Source: Nitrososphaeria archaeon (GTDB taxonomy: Archaea > Thermoproteota > Nitrososphaeria > JACIWG01). From it: a DNA stretch of 64,000 nt. The translations under genes were made by a program, and so were the position numbers. Each line of letters begins with the position of its first letter. Position 1 is the first letter of the stretch. This document shows, piece by piece, positions 21,563-31,804 of the stretch. The notes under the pieces were generated by a model. It saw nothing but the letters and a program-made list of their open reading frames with translations. It did not search any database and was not told the origin of the DNA. The stretch covers positions 32,001 to 96,000 of the forward strand of contig JBEKIG010000006.1 of assembly GCA_050011875.1 (NCBI GenBank), written 5' to 3'.

Positions 21563-21714
21563 GGAGAGTATTTACCAAAGCAGTTACGAAGATGAAGTAA
21601 AACAATCTCATAGAAGATGAATCTTGCATATTAAACTTTTCCGTGTAACTTGGATGAGTTTGGAAAGGTTAATATTGGGTAGCAGGCTATAGAAAGAGTG
21701 AGGTTGTAGAAAGC

Positions 21715-22719
21715 TTGAAAGCACAAGTTTGCAGTCGTATTGGTCCGATTGAAAGCGGGGTAATGTCTTACGAATCTGTTCCGGACCCTAAATTTGAGCC
21801 TAACAAGGTACTTATTAGAATAAAAGCCTGCGGTGTTTGCCATTCGAACCTCAGTATGATAGAGGGAGAATTTCAGATTTTCGGCGTTCCCTCTAAACTC
21901 CCAATAATCCCTGGTCACGAAATAACTGGAGTTATTGAGAAAGTAGGGAAGGATACGAAGGGAGTTCGAGAAGGACAGAGGGTGGGCGTTCAGGTACTAT
22001 ATGACAGCTGTGGCAAATGTGATTACTGTTTGACCGGAAACGAAAACCTGTGTTTGACAAAAAATGCGACAGGAGAAACCGTCGATGGGGGCTACGCCGA
22101 ATACATTGCTGCACCATATGATTACATTTACGAGCTGCCGGACAATGTGGGGTATGAAGAAGGGGCGCCTCTCTTTTGCCCCGGTGTAACAGCATACCGC
22201 GCTGTAAGGAGGGCTGGTATAAAACCCGGGCAAAGCGTTGCAGTAATAGGCATAGGCGGCGTAGGCCACATGTCCCTGCAGTTCGCAAAATTAGCTGGCG
22301 CTGAAACGATAGCCATTGACAAGTCTGAAGGCCAGTTAAAACTCGCTGAGGAACTTGGAGCCGATCACGTCCTTCTGTCAGAAGATGTCAAGGATTACAT
22401 ATCAAAAAAAGAAAAGGTGGACGTAGCAATGGTTCACGCGCCCTCACAAAAAGCAGTTGACCAAGCGTTGAGCATTGTCAAACACGGTGGGGTCGTGCTG
22501 ATGGGCGTGTTAGGCAACGTCAACGTAGTCTTTCCGGAAGAAATTTCTATTGTATCAAGTGTAATAGGCTCGAGACATGAAATGAGAGAGGTTCTAAAGA
22601 TCGCGTCAATGGGAAAAGTGAAGGTTAAATGGACAGCATATAAGCTCAGAGAAGCGAACAATGTACTCAAAAAGTTGAAACAGGGTCAGATAGTGGGAAG
22701 AGCGGTCTTAGTTCCATAA
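21715..22719 (+). CDS. Zinc-dependent alcohol dehydrogenase (MDR family)
   Basis: CGVCHS, GHE, CGKCDYC...C and GIGGVG motifs. Confidence 0.93.
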   Translation: MKAQVCSRIGPIESGVMSYESVPDPKFEPNKVLIRIKACGVCHSNLSMIEGEFQIFGVPSKLPIIPGHEITGVIEKVGKDTKGVREGQRVGVQVLYDSCGKCDYCLTGNENLCLTKNATGETVDGGYAEYIAAPYDYIYELPDNVGYEEGAPLFCPGVTAYRAVRRAGIKPGQSVAVIGIGGVGHMSLQFAKLAGAETIAIDKSEGQLKLAEELGADHVLLSEDVKDYISKKEKVDVAMVHAPSQKAVDQALSIVKHGGVVLMGVLGNVNVVFPEEISIVSSVIGSRHEMREVLKIASMGKVKVKWTAYKLREANNVLKKLKQGQIVGRAVLVP

Positions 22720-22874
22720 GATAATCAATCTCTCAAATGAATTTCAATCCCACTTTTTTTGAGCTCACGCGTACGATTGTTTCCGATTTTTTTATTTAAT
22801 AATATGCCAGAAAGCCTCAAACAGAGTAGTATTGCCTAAGAAAAAAAGGTGGGCCTGCGACTACAACGATACCT

Positions 22875-24182
22875 TTAGAGTTTGTGAGAAGCTAATTCAA
22901 CAATGTCCTCGTAGTTCTGTAAGAAGCAATTCGTGTAAATCATGTGGGGTGGAATGACAAGGCCGGGGTTGACCCTTGTCTGAATGAGACTGCAGCCCGC
23001 CCCTATGCGTACTGCGTTGCCTATGACCGATCCCGATCCGATATACGTGGAATTTTCAAGGGTTGACTCTATAACGACCTTTCTGCCAACTATGCTGTCC
23101 GAAACCTTGGCGTAATTTTCAATTCTCACAGCGTCTAAGATCGCTGACCTTTCTACTTCTACATGATCACGTAATATGCAGAAGTTGTCGATGTTAGAAT
23201 CCGAGATCCTAGAGTTGTCCCCTATTCTTGTGTGTCTACCTATTAGGGCAGCGCCTTCTATAGACAATTTTTTTTCATTGTACTTTTTGATGATTTCTTC
23301 CCTTCTCTTGACTGATTCTTCACTGTATCCTTGAATCCAGACGTTCCTGCCCGGTATAGCCCTTTCTTCTGTGATTCTTATGTTCAGGTTTCCATAAAGC
23401 ACATCATGCATTGCCTTCAAATATCTTCCAGGTGTGCCTATATCATACCAGACATTTAATTCGTAGGAGTAGACGGGATAGTTTTTCTCAATAAAGTATG
23501 GTATGATGTCATATCCGAAGTCTAGCCTCTTTCTCTCCTCCAGCATTTTCCTTATTTCTTCGCTTTCAACTATTGTTCGAACTTCTGGAGAAAGCAGGTA
23601 TAGGCCAGCGTTTGCAAGATTGCTCGGTGCTTTACCTGCAGAAGGTTTTTCAACAAAATTTTTGATCCGAAAGTCATCGGCTACATCGGCTATGCCGAAC
23701 TCTTCAGTATTGTCGACTCTAGCAAGGGCGATGGTCATAATCGCTTTAGTGTCTACATGCCTTTTTACGAACCCTTTCAGGTCGATGTTGAAAACATTGT
23801 CTCCTTGAACTACCAACACCGGGTCGCGGACGTCATAGTATCCGATGTTAAGCCTATACGAGTCAGCGCTTCCTAGATCGTCAAGGTTCGGTTGATGTTT
23901 TATGTGCGCCCTCGGCTGGATCCTATACTTAGCTGAGAATCCTACTCCCTCCCCATATTGATCAAAAAGGTTTGAATAATTTGTGTAACCATTTTCCCCA
24001 AAAATAAAGCTCTTTATTCCCTGTTCAGCCAAGGTTGCCATAGCGAATTCGATTAACGGTCTATTCAGGAATCTAATACAAGGCTTCGAAATATCCTGCG
24101 TTAAAGGCCTTAATCTTTTGGCTTGGCCTCCTACAGGGATAAAGCACTTGATCTTTCCTATATCCACGCTATATCTTAGCAC
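22875..24182 (-). CDS. NDP-sugar pyrophosphorylase (glucose-1-P adenylyltransferase / mannose-1-P guanylyltransferase-like)
   Basis: GGQAKRLRPLT..ISKP, QGD, FVEKP and WYDIGT motifs, plus a C-terminal left-handed beta-helix. Confidence 0.88.
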   Translation of the reverse strand: MLRYSVDIGKIKCFIPVGGQAKRLRPLTQDISKPCIRFLNRPLIEFAMATLAEQGIKSFIFGENGYTNYSNLFDQYGEGVGFSAKYRIQPRAHIKHQPNLDDLGSADSYRLNIGYYDVRDPVLVVQGDNVFNIDLKGFVKRHVDTKAIMTIALARVDNTEEFGIADVADDFRIKNFVEKPSAGKAPSNLANAGLYLLSPEVRTIVESEEIRKMLEERKRLDFGYDIIPYFIEKNYPVYSYELNVWYDIGTPGRYLKAMHDVLYGNLNIRITEERAIPGRNVWIQGYSEESVKRREEIIKKYNEKKLSIEGAALIGRHTRIGDNSRISDSNIDNFCILRDHVEVERSAILDAVRIENYAKVSDSIVGRKVVIESTLENSTYIGSGSVIGNAVRIGAGCSLIQTRVNPGLVIPPHMIYTNCFLQNYEDIVELASHKL

Positions 24183-24345
24183 AGCACAATAATTTAAACC
24201 ATGCTAGCAGCATAAAACGTCATATTTCATCTTCTCCTTGGTCATGATGGGTGTATCAGAGCGAAGCCAGCTGAATTTCAGTAAACGGTGTTTAAATAAA
24301 GCTATAACTTTATCACCCTATTCTGAGTATTCTAGGCGATGGTTT

Positions 24346-24849
24346 ATGGTAGAAATTAAGTCACTTTTTGAATATAACTGGTATTGTAGGGCCAAGTTCC
24401 TCGACGCAATGTCGAAGCTTCCTTGGGAAAAAGTTGTAGAGAACCGTGAAGCGAGCTTCAACTCTATGAGAAACGTCTTCCTCCACAGCCTTGGAGCTGA
24501 GGAGGGCTGGTTGAAGCGCATTACTCTTGGAAAAATGGATTTTTGGCCGGTCCACGATTATGACAAGGACTTCAAAGGCATAGAAGAAATGAGAAAATAC
24601 ATGGTGAAGGTTGAGACAGAGAGCCGAGCCTACCTTGCAAAGCTCACGCCGCAGGATCTCGACAGGACGGTCTCTTGGCTGGGCAAAGACAATACAATGA
24701 ACAGTTTCCGAGTTGAGGACATACTGTTACATGTTATAGAAGAGGAAATACACCACAGAGGAGAAATTCTCTGCCTCATGTGGCAGATCAACGCTACGCC
24801 GCCATACACAAGCTACACCCAATATCTGAAAGATACAAAGAAGGTATAG
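24346..24849 (+). CDS. DinB/YfiT family protein
   Basis: FLHSLGAEEGW and HVIEEEIHHRGE His motifs. Likely start MVEIKSL (24346). Confidence 0.85.
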   Translation: MVEIKSLFEYNWYCRAKFLDAMSKLPWEKVVENREASFNSMRNVFLHSLGAEEGWLKRITLGKMDFWPVHDYDKDFKGIEEMRKYMVKVETESRAYLAKLTPQDLDRTVSWLGKDNTMNSFRVEDILLHVIEEEIHHRGEILCLMWQINATPPYTSYTQYLKDTKKV

Positions 24850-24958
24850 TGGCTTCAAACAAAATTAGAGATTTTCATGACCAAAGTTTTCCTTTTAAAT
24901 TAAGTGTCGAAATTTTAAATACCTATATTCAAAGTAATCGTAATTGAGTGTGATGTAA

Positions 24959-26317
24959 ATGAGTTCGGTCATGAGACTTAGGCTTAATGAAAGGGAAGAA
25001 AACGGTAATCCTGTAAAGGTGGGCGTTATTGGCGCGGGCTTCTTTGGTTGTTCTGCAATAGGGCAGGTATCAAGAATACCAGGAATCAAGGTCTCCATCA
25101 TAGCAGACGTCTACAGAGATAAGGCGCTCCGCGCGTACGTAAAATTTGCTCGATGTAACCCAAAGAATGTCGTAGAGGTCAAGGATGTTGACACAGCGAA
25201 CCATTACATAGAGAAGGGTACCCCCGCGATTACAACCAATAGCAGAGTATTGATAGACAGCAACTTGGACGTCATCCTTGAATCAACCGGTATTCCAGAA
25301 GTAGCTGCTAGGCACGCTTACGATGCGATAAACAAGAAAAAGAACATCGTCATGGCTACGGTTGAAGCTGAATGCGTAGTTGGGCCACTTTTGGCCAAGA
25401 TGGCACAAGAAAAAGGTGTTGTCTATAGCCAAGCTTTTGGAGACCAACCAGCTTTGATAGCAGAGCTTTATGATTGGGCGACATCCTGTGGATTTAAAGT
25501 CGTAGCTGCCGGTGAAGGAACCGCGGCAAGGCTCGAATGGAGACATTTAAGCCCTGATGACGCGTTAAAGCGATTCGGTTTTACACAGGAAGAAATAGTT
25601 CGTCTAAGACTGAACCCAAAGATGTACAACTCTTTCCTTGACACGACGAAATGTGCAGTAGAAATGGTCGCTGTCTGCAATGCGACAGGATTGAAGCCGG
25701 ATGTTAGAGGCATGCACTTTCCCTTAGGTTCGATGAAAGATGTGCCCAGGCTCCTAAGTTTGAAGAAGGATGGAGGAATTTTAGAAAATGAGGGTATCGT
25801 CGATGTGATCACCCGCGTACGTCCGAATGGAAAAAGAATCAGACGCGATATACGCTGGGGTGTATTTGTCGTGGTCACTACTGATAGCAGAGATGTCAGA
25901 GGTCTCTTCAAGACCTACGAAGCACCAAGAGGTGGAAGGGGTAAAAATGCCCTATTCTATAGACCGTCTCATTGGGCTGGCCTTGAAGCATCGATGTCCT
26001 TGATTCAAGTAGCACTATACCATGAGCCGACTGGAGTGCCACTTCCTAAGGCACCTTCTGCGGAGGTTCTAGCTGCAGCCAAGAAGACACTGAAGCCTGG
26101 AGAAACATTGGATGGCGGGGGAGGGCACTCAGTCTATGGTATTGCTGAAAGAGCAGATATGGCAAGAAAGGAAGATCTGTTGCCTCTTGGACTTGCCGAA
26201 GGCATTCATCTTGTCAAAGAGGTTCCTCCAGATGGGATAATAAGATACGAGGATGTCGAACTGAACGAGGACTCCTTCCTTCTCAAGCTGAGACGGATAC
26301 AAGACAAGGCATTCTAG
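24959..26317 (+). CDS. NAD(P)-dependent oxidoreductase, homoserine-dehydrogenase-like with C-terminal SAF domain
   Basis: GVIGAGFFG, GDQP, SFLDTTK..VEM and AKKTLKPGETLDGGGG (SAF) motifs. Confidence 0.85.
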   Translation: MSSVMRLRLNEREENGNPVKVGVIGAGFFGCSAIGQVSRIPGIKVSIIADVYRDKALRAYVKFARCNPKNVVEVKDVDTANHYIEKGTPAITTNSRVLIDSNLDVILESTGIPEVAARHAYDAINKKKNIVMATVEAECVVGPLLAKMAQEKGVVYSQAFGDQPALIAELYDWATSCGFKVVAAGEGTAARLEWRHLSPDDALKRFGFTQEEIVRLRLNPKMYNSFLDTTKCAVEMVAVCNATGLKPDVRGMHFPLGSMKDVPRLLSLKKDGGILENEGIVDVITRVRPNGKRIRRDIRWGVFVVVTTDSRDVRGLFKTYEAPRGGRGKNALFYRPSHWAGLEASMSLIQVALYHEPTGVPLPKAPSAEVLAAAKKTLKPGETLDGGGGHSVYGIAERADMARKEDLLPLGLAEGIHLVKEVPPDGIIRYEDVELNEDSFLLKLRRIQDKAF

Positions 26318-26368
26318 GAAGATATGAAGTTTCCAGTGTCTTGATTAGTCTATATATTGTGGTCTTTT

Positions 26369-26599
26369 CTATAGTTCGAATTCTTCAATAAGACCTTTCT
26401 CCTTGAGCCTTCTTAAAGCATAAGAAATCTCCCATAGATGGCAGTCTGTTGAGCGCCAGAGTTCCGAAAGGTTAACCTTTCCTTCTTTTCTGATCTTTTG
26501 GAGAAGCTCCTTTTCAAGTTCCTCGACATTTCTTCTGTTCTCTAGCGTTCGATGTGGCCCAACTACAATGTTCATAAACTCTTCAGGAAGCTCCTCCAT
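26369..26599 (-). CDS. Small winged-helix protein
   Basis: LSELWR...LWEISYALRRLKEKGLIE pattern, 76 aa. Confidence 0.6.
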   Translation of the reverse strand: MEELPEEFMNIVVGPHRTLENRRNVEELEKELLQKIRKEGKVNLSELWRSTDCHLWEISYALRRLKEKGLIEEFEL

Positions 26600-26881
26600 A
26601 TAATCTGTTAGATAGAGGAGATGCCTCTCTTTTAAGAGTTTACAGGGACACCATTATCGCAGGTTTGGCCTTATTTAATTCCTACACAGTTGACATGAAG
26701 TCAAAGGTTCAGGACGAGGTGATAATTGCATAGAAAAAAAGGATCTTATTCTTATTACATAGAAAGGATTTGTTAGACCCCCTTAAACATTCTGAATGTC
26801 ACGGAAGCAGGATATAAGTTAGTTAAAAATATAGAAAACATATAAATATTTTTATATGAGAAACTTATCTCACCCCAAAAT

Positions 26882-27385
26882 ATGGGTTCAAAATCAAAGC
26901 CGACTACCGCTTACGTATTATCGCTTATTTCTGGGGTTCTGATTTTTATAGGAGGCATATGTAACTTAATAGTCAGTGTTTTAGTAAGAGCCTACATTAG
27001 AACATTTTTAGGCCGATACAGACCGCCGTTGATGCTGATCTGGCGACCCGGTTTGGGTATTGTATGGAGCATAGTTGGAATGGCGTTCGGGGTCATCGTC
27101 ATATATTCGGCTTTAATGCTCAACTCGGCACCCAAGAACCATACTATGTGGGGAACGCTCATCTTAGTGTTCTCCCTACTAAGCTTCATGGGTGCTTTAG
27201 CTGGTCTCGGAGCAGGTCTTATCCTTGGAGTAGTCGGTGGTGTTCTAGTGATTAATTGGAAAGAACCTGCCTTAACTCCAACTGCTGTCCTAGGGTTAAC
27301 TGTTAAATACTGCGTACAGTGTGGCCAAGCTATACCCGCAGATGCCAAGTTTTGTCCACATTGCGGAAAAGAGGCACCAGCATAG
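26882..27385 (+). CDS. Multi-pass membrane protein (DUF6114-like) with C-terminal zinc ribbon
   Basis: Gly-rich TM helices and CVQCG...CPHCG. Paralog of 61173-61559. Confidence 0.75.
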   Translation: MGSKSKPTTAYVLSLISGVLIFIGGICNLIVSVLVRAYIRTFLGRYRPPLMLIWRPGLGIVWSIVGMAFGVIVIYSALMLNSAPKNHTMWGTLILVFSLLSFMGALAGLGAGLILGVVGGVLVINWKEPALTPTAVLGLTVKYCVQCGQAIPADAKFCPHCGKEAPA

Positions 27386-27445
27386 TATCATAATGCCACA
27401 TCTTGTACGAAAAAGATGGGGTGAGGCATGCCAAATAGGATTTGC

Positions 27446-28618
27446 CTACTCGTAGGTCCTTATGCCTGTCCTGTGTTTCTCTATGAAATCCCAATTCAGT
27501 TCCACGCCAAGGCCAGGCCCCTCGGTGATCTTAATATTCCCTTCACTGTCGATGGCGTTAAGTCCCTGCTTGTGCCCACTGAGATAGAGTTCCTCGGGCT
27601 CCCATATGTCAACCTTCGGGTGAACCAGTCCCCATTCTAAGAAGTTGGTGTTCCTAATCGCGGCCATACACTGCTGACAGGTGATGCCTCCTCCATGCAT
27701 CTCTACATCTAGACCGAAGCCCTCTGCCGCGTGGGCTACCTTCATGACCCCAGTAATGCCTCCATCTTTGTCGACATCTCCTCGGACGAAGTCTGTGCCT
27801 TCGGCGACGATGAAGTCGACCTTTGGATAGACAGTGCGGAGATGCTCGGTTTGGAGCAGAGGAGTCTTCAGCAGTTGGCGGAGCTTGCGGTGGGCGAAGG
27901 CAGAGATTCCCCCGTCCCTGAACGGGTCCTCTAGCCAGAAGAAGTTCTCCTCATCACAGGCCCTCCCGATCTCTAGGGCATTCGCCCATGTCGGGTACTC
28001 GCAGGCAGGGTCAATCATGAGCTTCATCTTGTCACCAATCCGTTCCCCAACGGCATGTATCGTCGCGATCTCCTGTTTGATGCGTTTAGGCGTGTCAAAG
28101 CCCCACCCGTGGATCTTGAAGCCAGTGTACCCCATCTTCAAGCACTGCTCAGCGAAATCGGCGTAGGCATCAGGGCTGTCAAGACCTCCTTTCAGATTGT
28201 CGGCATGCATAGTACTAGCGTAGGCTGGCAGGGTTTTCCGGTAGTAGCCTAGAAGTTCGTATATCGGCGCATCGAAGTACTTTCCGGCCAAATCCCAAAG
28301 GGCAACATCTATCGGCGCCAGCCCTAGGCCTGCAAAATGCCTGAGGCCCCGCCAAATGTTTGACCAGAGATACTCCCGTTCAAGGGCGTTCTTGCCTATG
28401 AGGAAACGCGAGATAATGGGGATGGTGAAGAGGTCTCCTGTCAAGAATTCTCCGATTTGTCCACCGTCCGTGAAGATCCTGAGCACGCTGCCTTGACTCT
28501 TGATTACATTACCTGGTCTCCAGACCATGTTGAAGCCGTAGTCATAGCCTACATTTCGTCTCTTGTATTCAAACTCGTCCACCACTATTTTCTTTATCAA
28601 TAGTTTTTCCTTAGTCAA
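27446..28618 (-). CDS. Mandelate racemase / muconate lactonizing enzyme family (enolase superfamily)
   Basis: IDVALWDLAGK, FKIH, LMIDP, WLEDP, GGITG and GPGLGVE motifs. Confidence 0.92.
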   Translation of the reverse strand: MTKEKLLIKKIVVDEFEYKRRNVGYDYGFNMVWRPGNVIKSQGSVLRIFTDGGQIGEFLTGDLFTIPIISRFLIGKNALEREYLWSNIWRGLRHFAGLGLAPIDVALWDLAGKYFDAPIYELLGYYRKTLPAYASTMHADNLKGGLDSPDAYADFAEQCLKMGYTGFKIHGWGFDTPKRIKQEIATIHAVGERIGDKMKLMIDPACEYPTWANALEIGRACDEENFFWLEDPFRDGGISAFAHRKLRQLLKTPLLQTEHLRTVYPKVDFIVAEGTDFVRGDVDKDGGITGVMKVAHAAEGFGLDVEMHGGGITCQQCMAAIRNTNFLEWGLVHPKVDIWEPEELYLSGHKQGLNAIDSEGNIKITEGPGLGVELNWDFIEKHRTGIRTYE

Positions 28619-28832
28619 ATATAGACACTATCAAACTATCTTCAATTCCCAACTTATTATTATTTATAAAAAGTTTTATTCCACTATTTCGGATCTCACA
28701 TTATAGATCATATTGATGGAATATAATTCGACGAAGTTATCAAAGTTAGTTATATTGTGGACTAGTGGAGATTGAGAAGTGGCATTGAAAATGACTTCAA
28801 GCCTTAAATACCTTGTGTTCTAATATTTTAAT

Positions 28833-29858
28833 TTGTTGTCAGCCCAGAAATCTGAGGACGACGGCCTTCAGAAGGAATGGGATGCCGCCAGGGACGTGCT
28901 TAAGGCCTTTGACGACCGTATTGATGCGCTCAGGAGGAATGGTTTCAGTTTCGTCACAGCCCTGTTAGCAGCACAGTCTCTCCTCATCCCTTATGTTGCA
29001 GGAAGCACTGGTAATAGCAGTTCACTTCCAGATAACGTCAAATTCGTTATCGTGTCTGTTACGATGTTGCTCGTATTCACATTGAAGCTAATCGAAGGCG
29101 GGTATCAGTCATTTGAACGTGCAGCAACTACCAGGGCATTAGTTATCGAAAAGAAACTGAATATAGAATTGACTGAAATCATCGACTTAAGATTTAGAAA
29201 GGATCACATCCGATTGTGGATGACTCTCGTATACGTGCTTTTCATAATCGGCGCTCTACTTGTCGGTTGGTTCAGCATCATTGATCCATACTGGAAGAAT
29301 CTTCTCATCCTCTCTACAACAATGGCTATAATCGGCACGGTGGCCCTAAACTGGGTGTTCAATTTGAAGTTCCCCTATGGTGAAGAGGACTGGACAATAG
29401 AGAAGTTGGAATGCGGTCTAAACGACGAAGTCGGAATAACAATGACTAACCTGAGCGGACACAGAGTAATTGAATTGAATGAAGAAGATCTGCTATGGGA
29501 AATCAGACCTGAAGGCTATGATCGTCCGGTCCACATAGAGAAGGCAAAGGTCCATTCTGTAATTCCCCCTAAAGCCTGCTTCACTTGGTCTTGGAAGGTC
29601 AAGAGCGAAGAAGGGTGCCTGCCGGTCGTGCCTGGAGTATATTGGGTATTCCCGACTCAATCCAAAAGAGATGGACGCGAGAGGTATCGGGACTATCGGA
29701 GGCTTGGGGAAGCTCCTCTCACTAATGTGAAGAACAAACTATTGCGAAGAAAAGTCAAGGGGATTCCAATGCCACTCCCAAGAGCGGTTAGAGTCGTAGA
29801 CACATCCAAGACTGAACCAGCCATGGATAACACGAAAGCCCAAGTTCAGACTAATTAA
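28833..29858 (+). CDS. Hypothetical membrane protein (about 4 TM) with soluble beta-rich C-terminal domain
   Basis: 341-aa ORF with hydrophobic segments in the N-terminal half. TTAAATA box about 25 nt upstream of the TTG start. Confidence 0.75.
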   Translation: MLSAQKSEDDGLQKEWDAARDVLKAFDDRIDALRRNGFSFVTALLAAQSLLIPYVAGSTGNSSSLPDNVKFVIVSVTMLLVFTLKLIEGGYQSFERAATTRALVIEKKLNIELTEIIDLRFRKDHIRLWMTLVYVLFIIGALLVGWFSIIDPYWKNLLILSTTMAIIGTVALNWVFNLKFPYGEEDWTIEKLECGLNDEVGITMTNLSGHRVIELNEEDLLWEIRPEGYDRPVHIEKAKVHSVIPPKACFTWSWKVKSEEGCLPVVPGVYWVFPTQSKRDGRERYRDYRRLGEAPLTNVKNKLLRRKVKGIPMPLPRAVRVVDTSKTEPAMDNTKAQVQTN

Positions 29859-30103
29859 GATATAACGAAACCGAGACGGTTTAACACCCAAATATGACAT
29901 CTAACATAACCCTGCTCCCAAGTAATTCTCTTCTCGATATGATTGGAGGTGGTCATCTTCGTTTCACCAGGTACCACTCTCCATTTCGCCCTTGTTAGGC
30001 GGTTTGACTTTAGGTAGTTCGCACTTGAGGATACCACACTAGATTTAATCAAAAGATGATGTCAAGAAAATATGAATGGATGAGAGAAGATTCTACTTCA
30101 ATT

Positions 30104-30141
30104 AGATTATAAGGAGATATATGAGATTATAAGAAGATATA
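30104..30141. repeat. Tandem 18-bp repeat AGATTATAAG(G/A)AGATATA, 20-bp period
   Basis: Copies at 30104-30121 and 30124-30141, one mismatch. Confidence 0.8.
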
Positions 30142-30413
30142 GTTGGGTTTTGGGGCTAAACTTTTATTTGATTTCTTCAATTCCCAACTTATTAGTTTTG
30201 CCAGAACTGAGGACAATATAAGACACCCCCGATCACTAGGGGTGATCTTGAAACAATAAGGCTCCGAATAACTAATCCACATCTTTTGTGAGAGAACCGT
30301 TTAGAGCATGCTTACTCTTTCTCGAAGATCAGTGCACATGTCACAAATATTAGGTATCTGCTCATTGGAACTCTAACACTTGCTCTAATCATCGAAATAG
30401 ATTGATATCTGTC

Positions 30414-31415
30414 CTATGTAAAGTATGGGCCTTTCGGAGGAACTATTTGGTCAATCCTTTCTAGATCCTCTTTACCTAAAACAAGCTCGGTAGCGCCAAA
30501 GCTTTCTTCAAATTGCTGAACACTTGACGCGCCTACAATTGGTGCTGTGATAGCGGGATTAGCCAACATCCAAGCTAGAGCAACCTGAATCAACGGCCGT
30601 CCAAGTTGCTTAGAAAAGTCTTCCAGTTTCTGTACTATTTTGGTGTTGTTAGGATTTTCCCAAGATAACCCTTTGTACATCTTAAAGAACGTAGGGCTGG
30701 TGGTGGCTCTACTACCAGCAGGAGGTGGAGCATCAGCTTTGTATTTTCCTGACAGAACTCCGCCAGCAAATGGGGCGTAAGGCACGATACCGATTCCTTG
30801 ATCCATGCATAATGGTATTATTTCTCGTTCAATCTCTCTGTTAAGAAGGTTATAGAGAGGTTCTATAACTACAAAGCTTTCAAGATCGTAGACCTCACTA
30901 GTCCATAAAGCTTTGCATAGTAGCCAAGCTGAAAAGTTCGAACATCCAATATAATGAACCTTACCACAGCGAACTAGATCAGAAAGAGCACCAAGGGTCT
31001 CTTCTAAGGGAACAGGCTCCCCAACAATCCCCTTAATGTTATCGACGTTACTTTCCCTATGAAGGTATAAAATATCGATGTAATCGGTGTCCAGCCTTCT
31101 AAGGCTTTCTTTTACAGCGTACATTATATGCTTGCGACTTAATCCTTCATCGTTGGGGCCTTCGCCCATGCGGTGTCTTACCTTTGTAGCTAGGACAATC
31201 TGTTCTCTCATGCCTTTGATCGCTCTGCCGATGATCTCTTCAGATCTTCCTTTAGCGTAGATGTTTGCTGTGTCGATAAAGTTTACACCGAGGTCTACAG
31301 CTCTTTTTATGATACTAGTTGCTGTAGTTTCATCGACAGTAGAACCGAAATATGCGGTCCCCAAGCAGATTTCTGAAACATTGACGCCACACTTTCCAAG
31401 ACGCTTGTACTTCAT
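30414..31415 (-). CDS. Aldo/keto reductase
   Basis: FIDTANIY, LATK, DYIDILYLH, YIGCSNF and PIVGA motifs. Confidence 0.95.
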   Translation of the reverse strand: MKYKRLGKCGVNVSEICLGTAYFGSTVDETTATSIIKRAVDLGVNFIDTANIYAKGRSEEIIGRAIKGMREQIVLATKVRHRMGEGPNDEGLSRKHIMYAVKESLRRLDTDYIDILYLHRESNVDNIKGIVGEPVPLEETLGALSDLVRCGKVHYIGCSNFSAWLLCKALWTSEVYDLESFVVIEPLYNLLNREIEREIIPLCMDQGIGIVPYAPFAGGVLSGKYKADAPPPAGSRATTSPTFFKMYKGLSWENPNNTKIVQKLEDFSKQLGRPLIQVALAWMLANPAITAPIVGASSVQQFEESFGATELVLGKEDLERIDQIVPPKGPYFT

Positions 31416-31804
31416 TAATATTCACTGAATTGATTGGAAGTGTTGCTGTAACTTATTTAAGTCTTGTCAATTCTTGGAATAGAGAGTTTTTTTAGCCTAT
31501 TTCCTTTATCTATGATTCTATGCTAATATATTTTTTCAATATATTTACATAATGTTTGTAGTTATTAAATGAGACATCAAATAGAACTTTGTGATCAACA
31601 CTCGCTATGAATCCTCCTTCTTCGACAAGAGATGAGATTTTTCTTTTTACTTCTTCGTCTATTTCTGAGCCGCCTTTTATTAATATCCTCTTATCAATGT
31701 CTCCTATCAGAGGGAGCTTATGCCTAAAGTTACAAACATTGTTGATGTCCCCATATTTACATTAGAAAAGTTAAGTACAAGATATTAAATAAAGAAGTGA
31801 TTGT

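Larger units (their letters stand above)
28639..30194. repeat. Perfect 21-bp direct repeat TCTTCAATTCCCAACTTATTA flanking a 1.5-kb single-gene cassette
   Basis: Copies at 28639-28659 and 30174-30194. Confidence 0.9.
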
